This document shows positions 47,891-61,462 of a stretch of 64,000 nt of DNA, one piece after another. Every line of letters starts with the position of its first letter. Position 1 is the stretch's first letter. Location of the stretch: assembly GCF_963921235.1 (NCBI RefSeq), contig NC_086109.1:16246001-16310000 (forward strand), given 5' to 3'. The translations under genes were made by a program, and so were the position numbers. The notes beneath the pieces are model-generated. The model saw only the letters and a program-made list of their open reading frames with translations. It had not been told where the DNA came from and searched no databases. This stretch comes from Mobula hypostoma. Lineage: Eukaryota.

Positions 47891-50800
47891 TACTAGTTAG
47901 AGCCTGATGTTTCTTCCTCTGCCCCTTCCCCCTACAGTCCTGACGAAGGGTTCCAGTCCGAGACGTCGACCAATCTTTTCCACGGATGCTGCCCGACCTG
48001 CTGAGTTCCTCCAGCGTGTTGTGAGTGTCGCTTTGTTTACAGGATGGGTTGTATCTGTCAGGAAGACCTGTTACTCCAGAGGCAGCAAGAGGCCAATATC
48101 CAGCAGAGAGCCTGTGACCTAAAGATGGTGAACACTAAGAGTGACGAAGTCCAGCAACTTATTGATAACCTTTTTCCTATGGTCCACTCTCCTCTCCTAT
48201 CAGATTCCTTCCTCTCCAGCCCTTCTAACTTGCCTACTTCCCCTTCCTCCCACTTTTTATTCTGGTATCTTCCCTCATTCCTTTTCAGTCCTGATGAAGG
48301 TGCTTGGTCTGAAACATCGACTGTTTATTCATTTCCATAGATGCTGCCTGACCTGCTGAGTTCCTCCAGCATTTTGTGTGTACTGCTTTGGAATTTTCAG
48401 CATTGCAAAGAGCATCAGCAGACAAGAGACCACTGAAAGAAAATTAAACATAAATGATCAAAATTATAAAAGAAAAAGCACCAAAAAAATGTCCATTGTA
48501 TTAGAAAAGTGTTATGGTGTTGCTATATTGATTACAACTATACGTATTGGTTCAAGAGCTGAATGGTTGAAGGGAAGTAGCTGTTCTTGAACCTGGTGGT
48601 GTGAGACTTCAAGCTTCTGTACCTCCTCCCCGACAGCAGCCACAAGAAGAAGGCATGGTAGTGGGAACCTTTGATGATAGATGTTATAATATATAAAGAT
48701 TAGCTTTATTTCTCACATGTACATTGAAATATTCAGTGAAATGTGTCACTTACGTCAACAACCAACACAGTCTGAGGATTGTACTGGGGACAGCTCACAA
48801 GTGTCACAATGTTTCTGGCACTAACGAGGCAAGGCCACAACTCACTAACACTAACTGTACATCTTTTGGAATGTAGGAGGACACTGGAACATCTGGAGGA
48901 AACCCAAACAGTCACAGGGGGAATGTACAAAACTCCTTATAGAGAGATAAATTGTTGTGCTAACCAAGTCTACCACGTCATCACTCCCGCAGTCTACATG
49001 CTCATTCAGGTATTAGGTCCAGCATATCAGTAGCTGTATATCAATTTTATCATTTGTCTGTCTGCACACCAACCTTTTCCTGTGGTCTTGTAGATCTTCA
49101 AAACCTATGGTATTGATAGTTAAAGATGTCTCTTGCACTTGAAGGAGCAATTAGCTTAGAATTTAATTGTTGCTTCACTATAGGTAAACACACTTGCCCC
49201 CACAGAGATATCAATATGCATGTCAGGCATGAGCGGAGTCTGATGCATAGGCGGCCTTAGCTATGTTTCACCCGTTTCAACTGAAACGGGCCCTGCCCTC
49301 CCAGGGGCCCCCAACTGACATGCAAAAATTTAATGCACAGCTCCCAGACCCCACAATATTCTCCTGCTATTGCCAGCCGAACCACCAGTGGGCGCTCGCT
49401 GACTGACAACGGAGAAAATACATTAAAATATTTACTTCACTTGTAAACATTGCTGCTAACAAAGAAGGCTACTTATCAATGAGAGGAAAATGAAACGTTC
49501 CTATCCTAGTGGTGCTGAAAAACGGAAAATATTAGACAACAAAACAAAACAAAACGCCTAAATAGTCTCCCAAAAGTTACATCTTTCTTTGGTCCAGCAT
49601 CTGTAGAAGGCCCACCGACTGCAGTTGCTGCTGCACCATCGTCACAGCGTGGGGTGCAGTGCCAAGTGACAGTGTAAATGGTACAGGAGATGTTGATGAT
49701 CAGAGCAATGAAAATGAGATGAACAATTCTACTCAAACAGATGGTGATAATGATGACCAAACTTTGTTTGATGAACAAGCACCACAGCATGATGACAGTC
49801 CTACAACTGAGACAGGTGAGGGAGATGCCGCCACCAGCACACCAGACAGAGAGAAAGCCCCACTAACATTCACAGAGACCGATCCGGTACGTTGGCCAAC
49901 ACATATTACCAGTGACCAACAAATCGACATTATTAGGAGAGGTCCCGTTCAGTTAGAGGGCATTAACTTTCCACAGAGCCAATCACGCCATCGTTTTACC
50001 AAAGACAGATATCTTATGAAGATGAGAAATGGAGAAACCATTCATTGGTCATGGTTAGTGTACTCAGAATCATCTGATTCAATCTTCTGTTTCTGCTGTA
50101 CCCTGTTTGGCAAGCGAAATCACAGTCTCACTTGCGGAGGTTTCAAGGAGTGAGAGCGACTCACTCTCACACTCCAGGATCATGAGAAGTCAAATGCACA
50201 CCGTGCCAACATGGATAGCTGGCACGAGCTGGAAACGCGCTTAAGAACGCACAGTGCCATTGACAGCACGTACCAAGAAATGCAAATGCTGGAAAAAAAC
50301 ACTGGAATGATGTCATGAAGAGGTTCATTGCCTTAGTCTGTCACCTTGCAGAACGAAACCTTGCTTTCCGTGGCCACAATTCCACCCTACATGAATCAAA
50401 TAATGGGAACTTTCTAGGTCTGGTGGAGCCGCTTGCCGAGTTCGACCCAATGATGAGCGAACATGTCAGACGAGCAGAGTAAAAAGAGATTGCTGACCAC
50501 TACATGGGGAAAACCATACAAAATGAGTTATTCACACTTATTGGAGACAAGACACTGGAAGCGATAACAGAGAGAGTAAAACAATCACGTTACTACTCGG
50601 TGATAATGGACTGCACCCCTGAGGCTGCACACATAGAGCAGCTCTCTGTGACACTGCACATTGTCACGGGCCAAGTCAATGTCGGAGCTACTGTTAGTGA
50701 GCATTTTGTCGGTTTCCTACCAGTGCCTGACACAACAGGTGCAGACCTAACCGACATTTTCTTAACGCATATGGAGAAGTTAGGATTAGATATCTCAAAA

Positions 50801-51963
50801 TGCATGGGGCAGGTATATGATAACAGGAGCAATATGCGGGGGGAAAATAGCGGGGTGCAGAAGAAGGTGCTAGATATTAACCAGAAAGCACTGCTCACGC
50901 CGTGCGCTAGCCACAGCCTAAACCTAGTCATTGTCGATGCTGCAAAATCAGCAGTGGGGTCTGTGAGCTTCTTTGGGGTGCTGCCACGTCTATACACAGT
51001 ATTTAGCTCATCGACACAGAGATGGGAGCTTTTCAAGGAGAACGTGCCACAGATGACCCTCAAGGCCATATCCAACACGCGATGGGAGTGCCGCGTGGGA
51101 AGTGTGAAAGTGCTGCGCTCCCAGCTTCCCGATGTTGGCAATGCGCTCCTGTCACTGATTGAGCAGGCCACACAGAAAGGTGACAGTGAAACCACATCTG
51201 CAGCCAGAGGCCTAGAACGGGAGACCATGTCATGGAAATTCCGGTTGACTGTTATCATCTGGTACAACGTTTTACGAGGTGAATCGTGTCAGCAAGCTGC
51301 TTCAGAGCCCACAAGTGGGAATCGATGTGCTACGGCGCGAGGTGGAATACGTTCTGAAATTTCTCAAGGAATGCAGAGAGGACGGCCTTTCATCTGCCCA
51401 AACAGATGCCAGAGACATAGCTGAAGCGATAGGGATGCCAATGGTCTTTCCTGCTGCACGAATCAGAAAACCAAAATGCCAGTTACATACAGTACGAGTC
51501 CCAAAGTGCAGATCCTTCCCTGACAGTGGCACCGGAGGAACGGTACAAGAGAGAAGCTTTCCTTCCACCTGTGGACTCTGCCATCACAGGCATTAGTGAG
51601 CATTTCAAGCTGATGGAGTCATTTTACAGTCTGTTTGGCTTCATTTATGGAAGAGAGGAAATGAAAAAAGCCACCCAAAGTCGCACACTGAAAGACAGCT
51701 GCGTAAACATGGAGAGGACACTTGGTGATGTGGATGCTGAGGACCTTTTGCGCGAGGTGTCGGCTGCTGTCAGTGTCGTGCCTGCAAAAGAAACCGCTGG
51801 CCTGCAGATTCTGAGCTACATATACAGCAACAATCTAGTTGAACTGTATCCTAACCTCACCATTGCTCTAAGACTCATGCTGACAGTGCCTGGGACTGTA
51901 ACGAGTGGAGAGAGAAGTTTTTTGAGGCTAAAGCTCATCAAAATGCATCTGAGAACAATCAGG

Positions 51964-53244
51964 TGTCATGGGCCGGATCGGGGTCCCTTTAAATTTAGCT
52001 TGTTTTGTTACGATCCGGACCATTGATTCCCTGTTTTCCTGTGTCCCTCGACTTTGGTGATTAGAGGCAATTAACACTCGGCTGAACTAGTAGTTTATAG
52101 TCTTCGGCTTTCGGTGTGGGAGCGTCTGCAAAGTCATGGCGTGCCAATGTCATCTGGTCGGAGAAAGCCTTGTCTCCACCCGAGGCGAGTGCCGGTAATT
52201 CGCCTTTCCTCACTGGAGCAACCCTGTCCAGTTACCTCGCCGAAGCGAGCCTGCAAAGTTTCCTCATCAAGGTGGGTCCGTCAGTTAACCCGCCGGAGAG
52301 AATCAAGAGCTGCTGTCTACTGTTCCCGGGCCGAGTTGAGAGCTCAGCACTACCCGGAGGTTCCAAGCACCACGTCCAGGCTCCTGGCCCCGGCGGCGTC
52401 CAAGTACCACGTCCAGGCTCCTGACCCCGGCGGCGTCCAAGTACCACGTCCAGGCTCCTGTCCCCGGCGGCGTCCAAGTACCACGTCCAGGCTCCTGGCC
52501 CCGGTGGCCGTCCCAGTTCTGAGTCAAGTCCTGGCCCTGGTGGTCTGTGATTCCTGTCCTACCCCCTTCTCTGCCCCTCTCGCCTCTAGCCCTCATTTGC
52601 AGCCCCCGCCTGCACTTTGGTCTAGTTCCATCGCCAGAGCTAGTTAGATACTGTCTGGTGTTCATTCGTGTTGGTCTTGTCTTGTCCTGTCCTCGTCTCT
52701 GTGGGGTAAATCAGGCCGTCTTGCCGTTGCCCCGTGGAGGGTCATGAGTCCCGGCCCTATGTCCTGTACCCAAGGAGGGGTCCCGGCTGTCCGTTCTGTG
52801 TGCGAGTCCCGGCCCTATGTCCCGTACCCAAGGAGCGATCCCGACTCTGTTTTCTGTGTATATGTCCATGGTTCCATGTACCTGCTCCCCGAGACCGAGG
52901 CTCTGTGTTCCCATGTTCCTCCTCTCCCTAGCCCATGTCATGTCCTTGCCTGGTTCTGGGCTCCGAGCCCGAGGCAAGACCCAGGTACTGGGTCCTTGCC
53001 CAGTCTCTGGCTCGGAGTCCATACCCTAGCCTCTTCATGTCTCCTCTAGTTCTGGGAGCCGATTCCGAGTCCTAGCCCAAACCCTTGGTCCCAGCCTAGT
53101 CGTAGTCCTCAGTCCTTGTCCAGTTCGCTACTCCTGCTCCTGCCTAGCTCTCCTGATATCAAACAATAAACTAAATTTAATTAACCTCAAGATGTGTCTT
53201 GCATTTGGGTCCACCCTTGCTCTTAATGCCCCCGCCATTGTGAC
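51964..53244 (+). mobile_element. Long GC-rich solo LTR inserted in the transposase C-terminus
   Basis: TGTCATGG...ATTGTGAC termini, AATAAA at about 53165 and a TGCATTTGGGTCC U5-like motif. The transposase frame resumes after it. TSD decayed. Confidence 0.75.
52363..52507 (+). repeat. 37-bp tandem repeat, ~4 copies, inside the LTR
   Basis: CCAAGTACCACGTCCAGGCTCCTGGCCCCGGCGGCGT at 52363, 52400, 52437 and 52474. Confidence 0.95.
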
Positions 53245-54112
53245 TCCATGCTCCAGGAGCGTCTGTCAGCTCTTGCTCAGATATCAATAGAGCATGAAAT
53301 AACAAGATCGCTGGACAAAGATGAGCTCATTAAAGCATTCTCAACACTCAAGCACTGGAGGGTGGTGAAGTTCTAGTGGTAAGTTTTTTAACACATTTTT
53401 AGCAGAAATAAAGTTTATAATTAAAATAATAAAATAAACCACGTATTTCACTCAAAATGTGTATAGGCGATTAGGCGGCATTTTCACAAATCGTAATTTC
53501 TCTCTCCCGCTTGCGTTCTCTCTCTCTCACTGTGTGTGTGTGTGTTCGCTCTCCAGGCCTTACGTGAGCTGTCCGTGGTGCTGAAAGAGCGCGCGATGCA
53601 GTTTGTTGTAAACTTCCAGTAGTTAACTTTCAGACACTGTTCATTGAATAAATAAAGTGTGAATTTTCATTAAATATGACATTGCTTTTGTTATTAATTT
53701 AGTTAGAGGGAAATTGTTTAAGCTGTTCTTGTGTCAGCTGATACCTAACACATAGTGCCATTCAATGCACTATGCTGAAAAGGGCGAAGCTTCTCACTCC
53801 AAAGCAAAAAATGTCATTGTTTCAGTTTTAATTAAGAGAATTGTTTGGATTATGTTGAGCTGTCTGTCCATTATGCAGAAAGTGCATACAATGCATCAAC
53901 GTTTAAGTCCGAAATTATACCATTATTGATGCAAACCAACTTGAATATTCGCTTTTTTTCTTTCTTTTTGTTTGGGAAGCGGGGGTAGGGCCCCACATTA
54001 ACTCTTGAAACGGACCCCCAGATGCTTAGGGCCGCCTATGGTCTGATACAGCAATTGTCTTTGAGGTAGATGTAATTTTCTGAAGTTCACAGGAACTTTC
54101 CTGGTTAGTAAC

Positions 54113-54142
54113 TGCACGTCATACTTTAGCCTCTAGGGGGCA
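54113..54142 (+). promoter_or_regulatory. CTCF-like binding site
   Basis: Core CCTCTAGGGGGCA (54130-54142) with TGCA at 54113 at upstream-module spacing. Confidence 0.55.
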
Positions 54143-54429
54143 ATCTATCCCAGGCTTGCCACCTTACAGCGCTGGATGTGGTATCATACAGCAAAAACAA
54201 AATACAAATGCAGATACTAGATAGTTGAAATTTTAAAAAAAAACAAATGCTCAAAACACTTAGTTGGTCAGATAGTGCTTGTGGAGAGAGGAACAAGATT
54301 AGTTCTTCAAGGTGATGATCTTTCATCAGAACTATTATCCTGCCTTATGGCTCTCTCCAGAGAGAATGCAGATCTCTGTATTTGCATTCAGAATTAAACA
54401 GATAAGTTAAACTTCAAGGATTATGGTGT

Positions 54430-55200
54430 AGAGTAATGGAGTCTTGGAGCAATGTAACACAGATACAGGCCCTTCGGCCCAACAAGTCCATGCTGACCAC
54501 TGTGCACACTCAGCTAGTCTCAATTTCCTGCATTCAGCCTATACCTCCCTATGCCTTGCTCCTCCATATACCTAACCAAATGATTCTTAAATGATACTAC
54601 TGCGCCTGACTTGACCACTTTCTCTGACAGCTTACAGTATTCCATATACTCACCAGCTTCTCTGTGCAAAAGTTATCTCTCAGATCACTTTAAAATCTTT
54701 CTCCTTTCATCCTAAATCCATGCCCCCTAGATTTGGTCTTCCCCTACCATCCACCTTATCTACAGTATGCTTGTCATAATTTTGAATATTTCTGTAACAT
54801 TTCTCCTCATTCTCCCATGCTCCGTGGAATAAAAACTTAACCTGCCAGCCACACTCTGTAATTCAAGGCCTCTAGTCCTGGCAATATGCTCTAAATCCTT
54901 TCTGGCCTCTTTCCAGTTTAACCTACAACAGGATGACCAAACACAGCATTCCAAGTGTGGCCTCAGCAATGACTTGTACAACTGCATCATAATGTAACAA
55001 CTCATATGTTCAATGCCCTGACAGATGAAGACCAGCATACTAAACGCCCTTCTCCCACCCTGTCTCCGTGTGATGCTGCTTTTAATGAACTAAGCACTTG
55101 TACTCCTAGGTCACTCTGTTCCATTACACTGCACGGTGCTCTACCATTCATAGGATGCATCTTATTCTGGTTTGACTCCCCAAAATGCATCACCTTACAC
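54430..55200 (-). mobile_element. Old CR1 3' fragment
   Basis: MHFGESN..QLYKSLLRPHLECC remnants. Similar old fragments at about 31500-32040, 32830-33110, 37810-38235 and 59640-60110. Confidence 0.75.
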
Positions 55201-55964
55201 TTTTCTCTGTCCCTGTATGCTGGTCCGGGAGTATGCTTGTCTTTCTTTACTTTTATTGTTCTTCTTCATTTTGATGATATCACTTGCCACCAATGCCCAT
55301 GTCAAAGGAATGTGATCTTTGAACTGACTACCCCAAGCAAATTCCAAGATACGAAGTACTTTTATTATCGAAGTATGCATGCAGTGTACAACCGTGAGAT
55401 ATGTCTTCCCGCAGGCAGCCACAAAACAAAGAAACACCATGGAATCCGTTCAAAGAAAATATCAAACACCCACTATACAAAAAAAAAGGAACAAGTTGTG
55501 CAAATGACAAAGAAAGAGCAAGTAACACTCAGAATATTAAACATTAAACACAGTAGTTGAAGCAGTCTAGAACTGACAATTGTATCTAACTGCAGTTGAA
55601 CAGGCTCACTTTGAAACGCACATTAACGGTGTGCATACTCAGGAATCTCACACACAGCGCAACAGCTATTATACACACAGATACTGCAAGCACCCCAAGG
55701 TGCTTCATGGGAATGTTATCAAACAAGAAACTGACTTTGAACCACATAAGGAGTAGTAAGATAGGCAACTGCCAGTTGGAAAGAGAGGCAGAGAAGTCTA
55801 CGGAGCCAATTCCATAACGTTGATCCTTGCATGTAAAGGCATAGCTAGTAATGGTGCTATGATAGCTACAGAAACTATCAAGTGGTGGACTACAGGGATT
55901 GGGATAGATTGCCACGAAATGCACAAGGCTTTGTATACACACGGTAATTTTCTAATGTACCTTA

Positions 55965-56280
55965 AACTTAAAGGCATCCGTTAGTCTTGCGAGACAATAG
56001 ATCTGTGTCTGGAAAGTCTTCACTCTCCACGGCGCAGGCCTGGGCAAGATTGTATGGAAGACCAGCAGCTGCCCATGCTGCAAGTCTCCGTCTCCCCATT
56101 CCATGAAATCGATGTTGTCCAAGGGAAGGGCAAGGGCCGAAACAGCTTGGCACCAGTGTCGTCACAGAGCACTGTGTGATTAAGTGCCTTGCTCAAGGAC
56201 ACAACACGCTGCTTCGGCTGGGGCTCGAACTCCTGACCTTCAGATCGCTAGTCGAATGCCTTAACCACTTGGCCACGTGC
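55965..56280 (-). mobile_element. tRNA-derived CORE-like SINE
   Basis: Minus strand shows A box TGGCCAAGTGG, B box GAGTTCGAGCC and CORE-like TGTGTCCTTGAGCAAGGCACTTAA. Confidence 0.7.
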
Positions 56281-57712
56281 CTAATATATCAAAATAAACT
56301 TTATTCATAATTAAAATTACAAGAGTAAACTGTGTGATCCCTTTCATTCTAACATTTATAGTCAATGTGTTATGTACTGCTCTATACATTCCTTAAAACC
56401 AATAGGACTGTTGCCATTCGTGTGACCTCCTGGGGTGTACAATAACCGAGGAGCATCCTCACCAACTCAGTCCTTCCATGATCAGTAACAGGACAGATTT
56501 TTTAAAAATAATAGGAAAATTACATCCAGAGCTTACTTTACCATTCCTTTATTGCCATTCTGTGCCATATACAATTTTCCTTTCAAAGTTCAAAGATAAA
56601 AGCACATTTATTATCAAAGTATGTATAGTTTATACAACTCTGATATTTGTCTCCTTACAGATAGCCAGAAAACAAAGAAACCCAATAGAACCCATTAAAG
56701 AAAGAAGACAATTAAACAATCAGCACACTCAATGTGCAGAGAAACAAACAATAAAGTAGGCAAATGGCATGCAGAACTGAAGTTTACAAAAGTGAGTCAC
56801 AGACATGAAGCCAGGCATCACTGCAGCTGATTCAGGAGCCCATGGCTGCAGGCCACCATCTCAGATCATGGAGCAGCAAGTTGAGGTGGACCATCCCTTG
56901 TCTCCGGCACGAGACCCTGACCTTTTCAATCTAGCCCGGTGTTTAAATCATCCAAACCTCGGGTTGATCCTCGCTCTTGGATTCAGACCCTGACACTTCG
57001 ATATGTTCGCAGACCCGAGCCCCACCACCTCAATTTGGCCCGTACGCAACATTTCCAATTCCGCCCAGTGCTTAATTCAATCAAACCTCAGATCCTTCCT
57101 CACTCTTGGGCCTGGGCTCCCTTCGACTCTGCCTCACCTCACCTCAGTCCTGCCACATCCAATTGCCTCGAAGTCTGCCCCAGCAATGGCCATACATTAC
57201 CTCGTTCCCCACCCTCCAACACGGATTTTGCTGTCTCGATTCAGCCGGAAATGCCACGCCACAACCGTCCTGCATCTTCGAGACTTCCGTCCACATCACA
57301 AAAACGTCAAAAATTCAACTCTGACAGATAAGTTACAGGCGATTGTTTCCAGTGATCATTTAACAGAAGAAGTATGAATAGTACAGTATTTAGTTGTTTT
57401 CTTTATTTTGTGTGGCGTCGACAAGTAGTCACTGAGTTTCACCAGCGCATCTTTGCTGGTTCAAAGGCAAAGTCCTAACTAGTGAGTGACACTGTCACAA
57501 TACCTTTACCACAACAGGGATGGTGGCCACTCAAGCAGGAGTTTGTCACTGACTTTTCGGTTGCATTAAGGATAGACATTAAATGCTGGTATTTGCAGTA
57601 ATGGTGACATCCTCATATGGAAATATATTTCCTGCACACAATTCATAACTTGAAAGACTAAATGAAGATAAGAGTTTTCAAAAAAAAATCCATGCAAGGA
57701 AGTATGTGTTAT

Positions 57713-58038
57713 TGTTAGAAAATGCAGAGAAGGCTTGACCCAAGCACAGAGCAGCGAAGACTATTTATCAGTGACCAATTACTAATAAATAAACTGCAAA
57801 ATAACAAGACATGAAGGGCTACAAAACAAGAGAGAACAGATACTAAATACAACAAGGCAACGAGGTAACTGAAGGCTAGGAACAACTGGTAGAGGTTAGC
57901 TGGTTGGATGGGTGAACAAAGGACTGTGGATGAGAGGAGGGTTTAAATAGGCTGCCGGTGATGAGTTGGAAATGAGTGGCAGGTGACTCCTGTTAGATGT
58001 GTGGAGACTGGGAGGTGCCTGCCTGTGCAGGCCTGACA
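57713..58038 (-). mobile_element. Probable solo LTR
   Basis: TGTTAG...CTGACA termini and a U5-like CTTGGGTC motif on the minus strand. No clean TSD. Confidence 0.55.
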
Positions 58039-58891
58039 ATTAGTAAATAACAGAAGGACAAAGGTGCAAGAGAAAAAAAAGATGGCTAGTTAAAAGTCAC
58101 GGGAGGAAGGATAAGAGGGTGGAGTAGAGGTTTTTTTTCAGATTGATAACATTATAAGCATTTGCTGTTTGAGTGAATTGGAGCAGTTATTATGATCTGA
58201 AGGTGTTGAATAGACAAAAGGACTGCAGAGGTTTGGTCTACATTTACTATTCATTTCTGTCAAGCAAGTGTTTTCTAGCTTTGAGCATGAACAAACAGTA
58301 CTTATGCATGATTCTCCTAGGGGGGTATCATGGGGTCATATTGCACTAGTCTCAGTTGCTTGCCATATCTCTCAAAATCAGGAGAGATGAACCTTTTTGA
58401 GAATGTGTGTCCAAATTGGTGATAAACTTCTAAAATAATTCTGTCATGTCCCATAGTAAATTTGACCAGAGATTATCATTGATTAATAAATTAGTAAAAA
58501 TAATGACGGACTTTTTTAAGGAAAAGTATGAATCATATTTTTTATTTGCATGCATTCATTGTTTTTACAATTATTAAAACTATAAGAAACATCAACTCAA
58601 GAAATTCTGTAGATGCTAGAAATCCAAAGCAACACACACAAAATGTGGCCCAAAACGTCAACTGTTTATTCATTTCCATCGATGCTGCCTGATCTGATGA
58701 GTTCCTCTAGCATTTTGTGTGTGTTGCACATTACAGATTGAAATAAATGAAGTATTTTAGAAAATCTGTTCAAAAATTATTATTAATCTTTTTAAAAGAC
58801 AACTGGAAAATAATATTATTTCTAAATGGCATTGTTATTGTAACCATTTTCTGTTCAAATACTGATGTGTACATCAGGTCTGCAGGTCTGC

Positions 58892-59065
58892 TGGGATTTT
58901 TTCACAGGAAATGCTTCGTGCCATCTTGGCACCAGCTCAACAGTTACAAGAACACGTGACCATGGATAATATGGATTTTAAAACGTATCATCCATTGTCA
59001 CATGTTCTTGTAACTGTCTAGCTGGAGCCAAGATGGCATGAAGCCTTTCCTGTGAAAAAATCTCA
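58892..59065. repeat. 174-bp near-perfect palindrome
   Basis: 82-bp ungapped arms with about 10 mismatches around a TTTTAAAA centre (58976-58983). Confidence 0.95.
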
Positions 59066-61242
59066 CTGCTTTCGAGTTGAATTTTATCATTTGCTGCTTC
59101 ATTTGGTAGTAATGTCTATCATTATGTATCTTTTTATTATGGACGAGGTTTAAAGAATCGTGGGGCAGGACTGCAAGCTGCATGACAACAAAATTTTTAT
59201 TTGTGCCATCTTGGGCATGTGTGGCATAGGTTTGCCACAACTGCAATCTTTCCTATCCCTGTACCTTTCCATTAAAGGTTACTGGAGGTACAGGAGCCTT
59301 AGGTTCTTACCTTGCAACCACCAGGCTCCTAAAGCAGGTGGATAGCTTCACTCGACTCAACGCTAAATTAATTCCGCAACTTACAAACTCACTTGCAAGG
59401 ACTCTACAATTCAAATTCTCAGTAGTATTTATTTATTTTTTTAACTTGCATAATTTGTCTTTTGCACATTGTTTGTCAGTCTTTCTTTATGTATAGCTTT
59501 TTATAAATTCTGTTGTATTAATTTATTTATCTGTGAATAACTGCAGGAAAATTATCTCAAAGTAGTATATGGAAACATACGCATACTTTAATAATAAATT
59601 TACTTTGACTTTGAAATTTTGACTTCTTAAGTTATATTGTACAACTCATTCCATATACCCATCCTCTGTGTCTGGCAAATTTGCCTGTCATGTTCCTAAA
59701 AAACCTTCCCCCACAGCTTAAATCTTCACCCTCCAGCTCTTGATTGCCAAAACCTACAAATAAGATTGTCTGCATTCACCGTAATCTATTGTGGTTTTAT
59801 ACACCTCTGTAAGGTCACCCCTCAATCTCATACACCGCAGGGAATGAGTACCTAGCCTGGCCAAGCTCTTCGTATAACCCAGGCCCTCAGGTCTGGTTGA
59901 AATCCTCGTAAATCCCCTCTGCAATCTTTCCAGCTTAATAGCGTCTTTCCCATAGCAAGGTCACTGAAACTGAACAGAATGCTTCAAGTGTGGCCCCACC
60001 AACGTCTTGTACAACTGGAACATAACATTCCAACTTCTATATTCAATGACCCTACTGACGAAGTCCAGCATGCCTAAAGCCTTCTGCATCACCTTGTCTA
60101 CCAGTGACACCATGTCCCATTTCCTTGCTTGTTTATTTACTTATTTACTTGTATGTTTGTTTATTTATTATTTCCAGCCCTATGAGCCACACTGACCAGC
60201 AACCCCAATTTACTTACTTACTTTTTGCCCGTTACGTTTCTGGCGTTTAGGGCAGCAATGAAGGTTGTCTATCCCTGGTGGTGTTCAGGGCTTCCTTCAC
60301 CAGCTCTGTAGCTTCCTCTCATTTTTCACCATTGCCAGTCTTGCAAGCCCCAGGTGGTGGCTCAGGAATACCATTGCACCCAGATGTAGAACGATTCTTC
60401 ATTGCTGTTTCTGTAACCATTTTTTTTTACCAGCCAAAACTGAACCCCCCTCCCCCCCCCCCGAACCTGGAGGACTGATGAACAACTCTTAGTCAGGCCT
60501 CTACCCTATGACCTATTTGACATGGGTGACCCTACTAAGACCCAAAGCAAAAGACCTTGACTCCAGCCAGCATAGCTCCCTGGGTCATTGAGACATACAA
60601 GCCTGCAAACTACGACAATGTTGTGGTCCTCTTGGGAGGTTTAACCGTAGCCCAACCCAGATTTAATCCTAGCCTAATCACAGGATAATTTACAATGATC
60701 AATTAATCTACCTGGAGAAAAACACACTGCCATAGTCCTGACATTTACAAGGTACATCATCATTTGGAACCAGGTTCAAGGGAACTGAGGGTCAGCGAAG
60801 AGTATGATTGAGGAACGAATGTGAGTTATCAGTGTCCAGTTAGTCAGCGATGACAACCTCTCTCTCAATATTTTGTGTACTTGTATCTTCACTGGCTGGT
60901 CCTATTCTGCCACAACACTGTTTAATGTAAACTCCAACAGCAAGATTCCCAATTCTTCATCACCTAAGTGTGTCCTCCTCATCGCCGCATCAATAACTGA
61001 AATTTCTGATGCCCAGCACAAGCTCTCCTCTCATATGTTTGTCACTTTAGGAGACCTAATACATTAGAAAACTGACTGTGCCCACTCACTGTGTTAAAGT
61101 CATAGATAGGTTGTACAGACCACCGGCCCTGACCCAATTGTCCCACTATTGGAAACTGAACATTCAAGCGCACTTCCATCTCAACTTCTGTAAGTGCTTT
61201 ATAGTCAATGAGGTGTTTTCAACATGTGGTTAGTGTGGTAAT

Positions 61243-61462
61243 TGTTATGCCAAAACTAATTGAAAGAAAAAGTGGAACCAGGAGATGTTGTCTACTTCGT
61301 TTTTACTTTTAGTGTGGCACGCACATGATGTGGTGGCATAATGACGGATGCCACTCACATATTTTTACATATAACCCATAATGAATTACTTAAATGAACA
61401 AAGAATACTTATTAAAAATATATTTACAATATTACTTAAATATTAGTATCAAATACACAACA
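61243..61462 (-). mobile_element. Solo LTR of the 21633/43012 Gypsy family
   Basis: Reverse complement of those LTRs. 5-bp TSD GTAAT on both sides. Confidence 0.88.

Larger units (their letters stand above)
49490..53376 (+). pseudogene. hAT transposase pseudogene
   Basis: MKRSYPSGAEKRK start, TTF-type zinc finger WLVYS..FCFCC, NLAFRGH, YSVIMDCTP, YDN, CASHSLNL, TRW and the dimerisation motif SGERSF..LKLIK..MLQERLS. Stops, frameshifts and an LTR insertion. Confidence 0.9.
49246..54040 (+). mobile_element. Full-length hAT DNA transposon (ZMYM1-like transposase), inactive
   Basis: TIRs CATAGGCGGCC(T/C)TA. 8-bp TSD GTCTGATG / GTCTGATA. Subterminal TGAAACGG repeats. Confidence 0.93.

Noticed and set aside
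50593..51267. 224-aa minus-strand ORF
   Set aside because: Antisense shadow of the hAT transposase.
49659..52026. Possible host ZMYM1-like gene
   Set aside because: It has stops and frameshifts, no introns, and is bounded by TIRs and a TSD, so it is a transposon copy.
52114..53049. Cluster of overlapping Pro/Arg-rich ORFs and CpG-island-like composition
   Set aside because: Explained by GC-rich tandem repeats inside a solo LTR.
58318..58428. Minus-strand open stretch after a ttttag acceptor (VYHQFGHTFSKRF...)
   Set aside because: No canonical donor, ends in a stop and the peptide is unrecognised.
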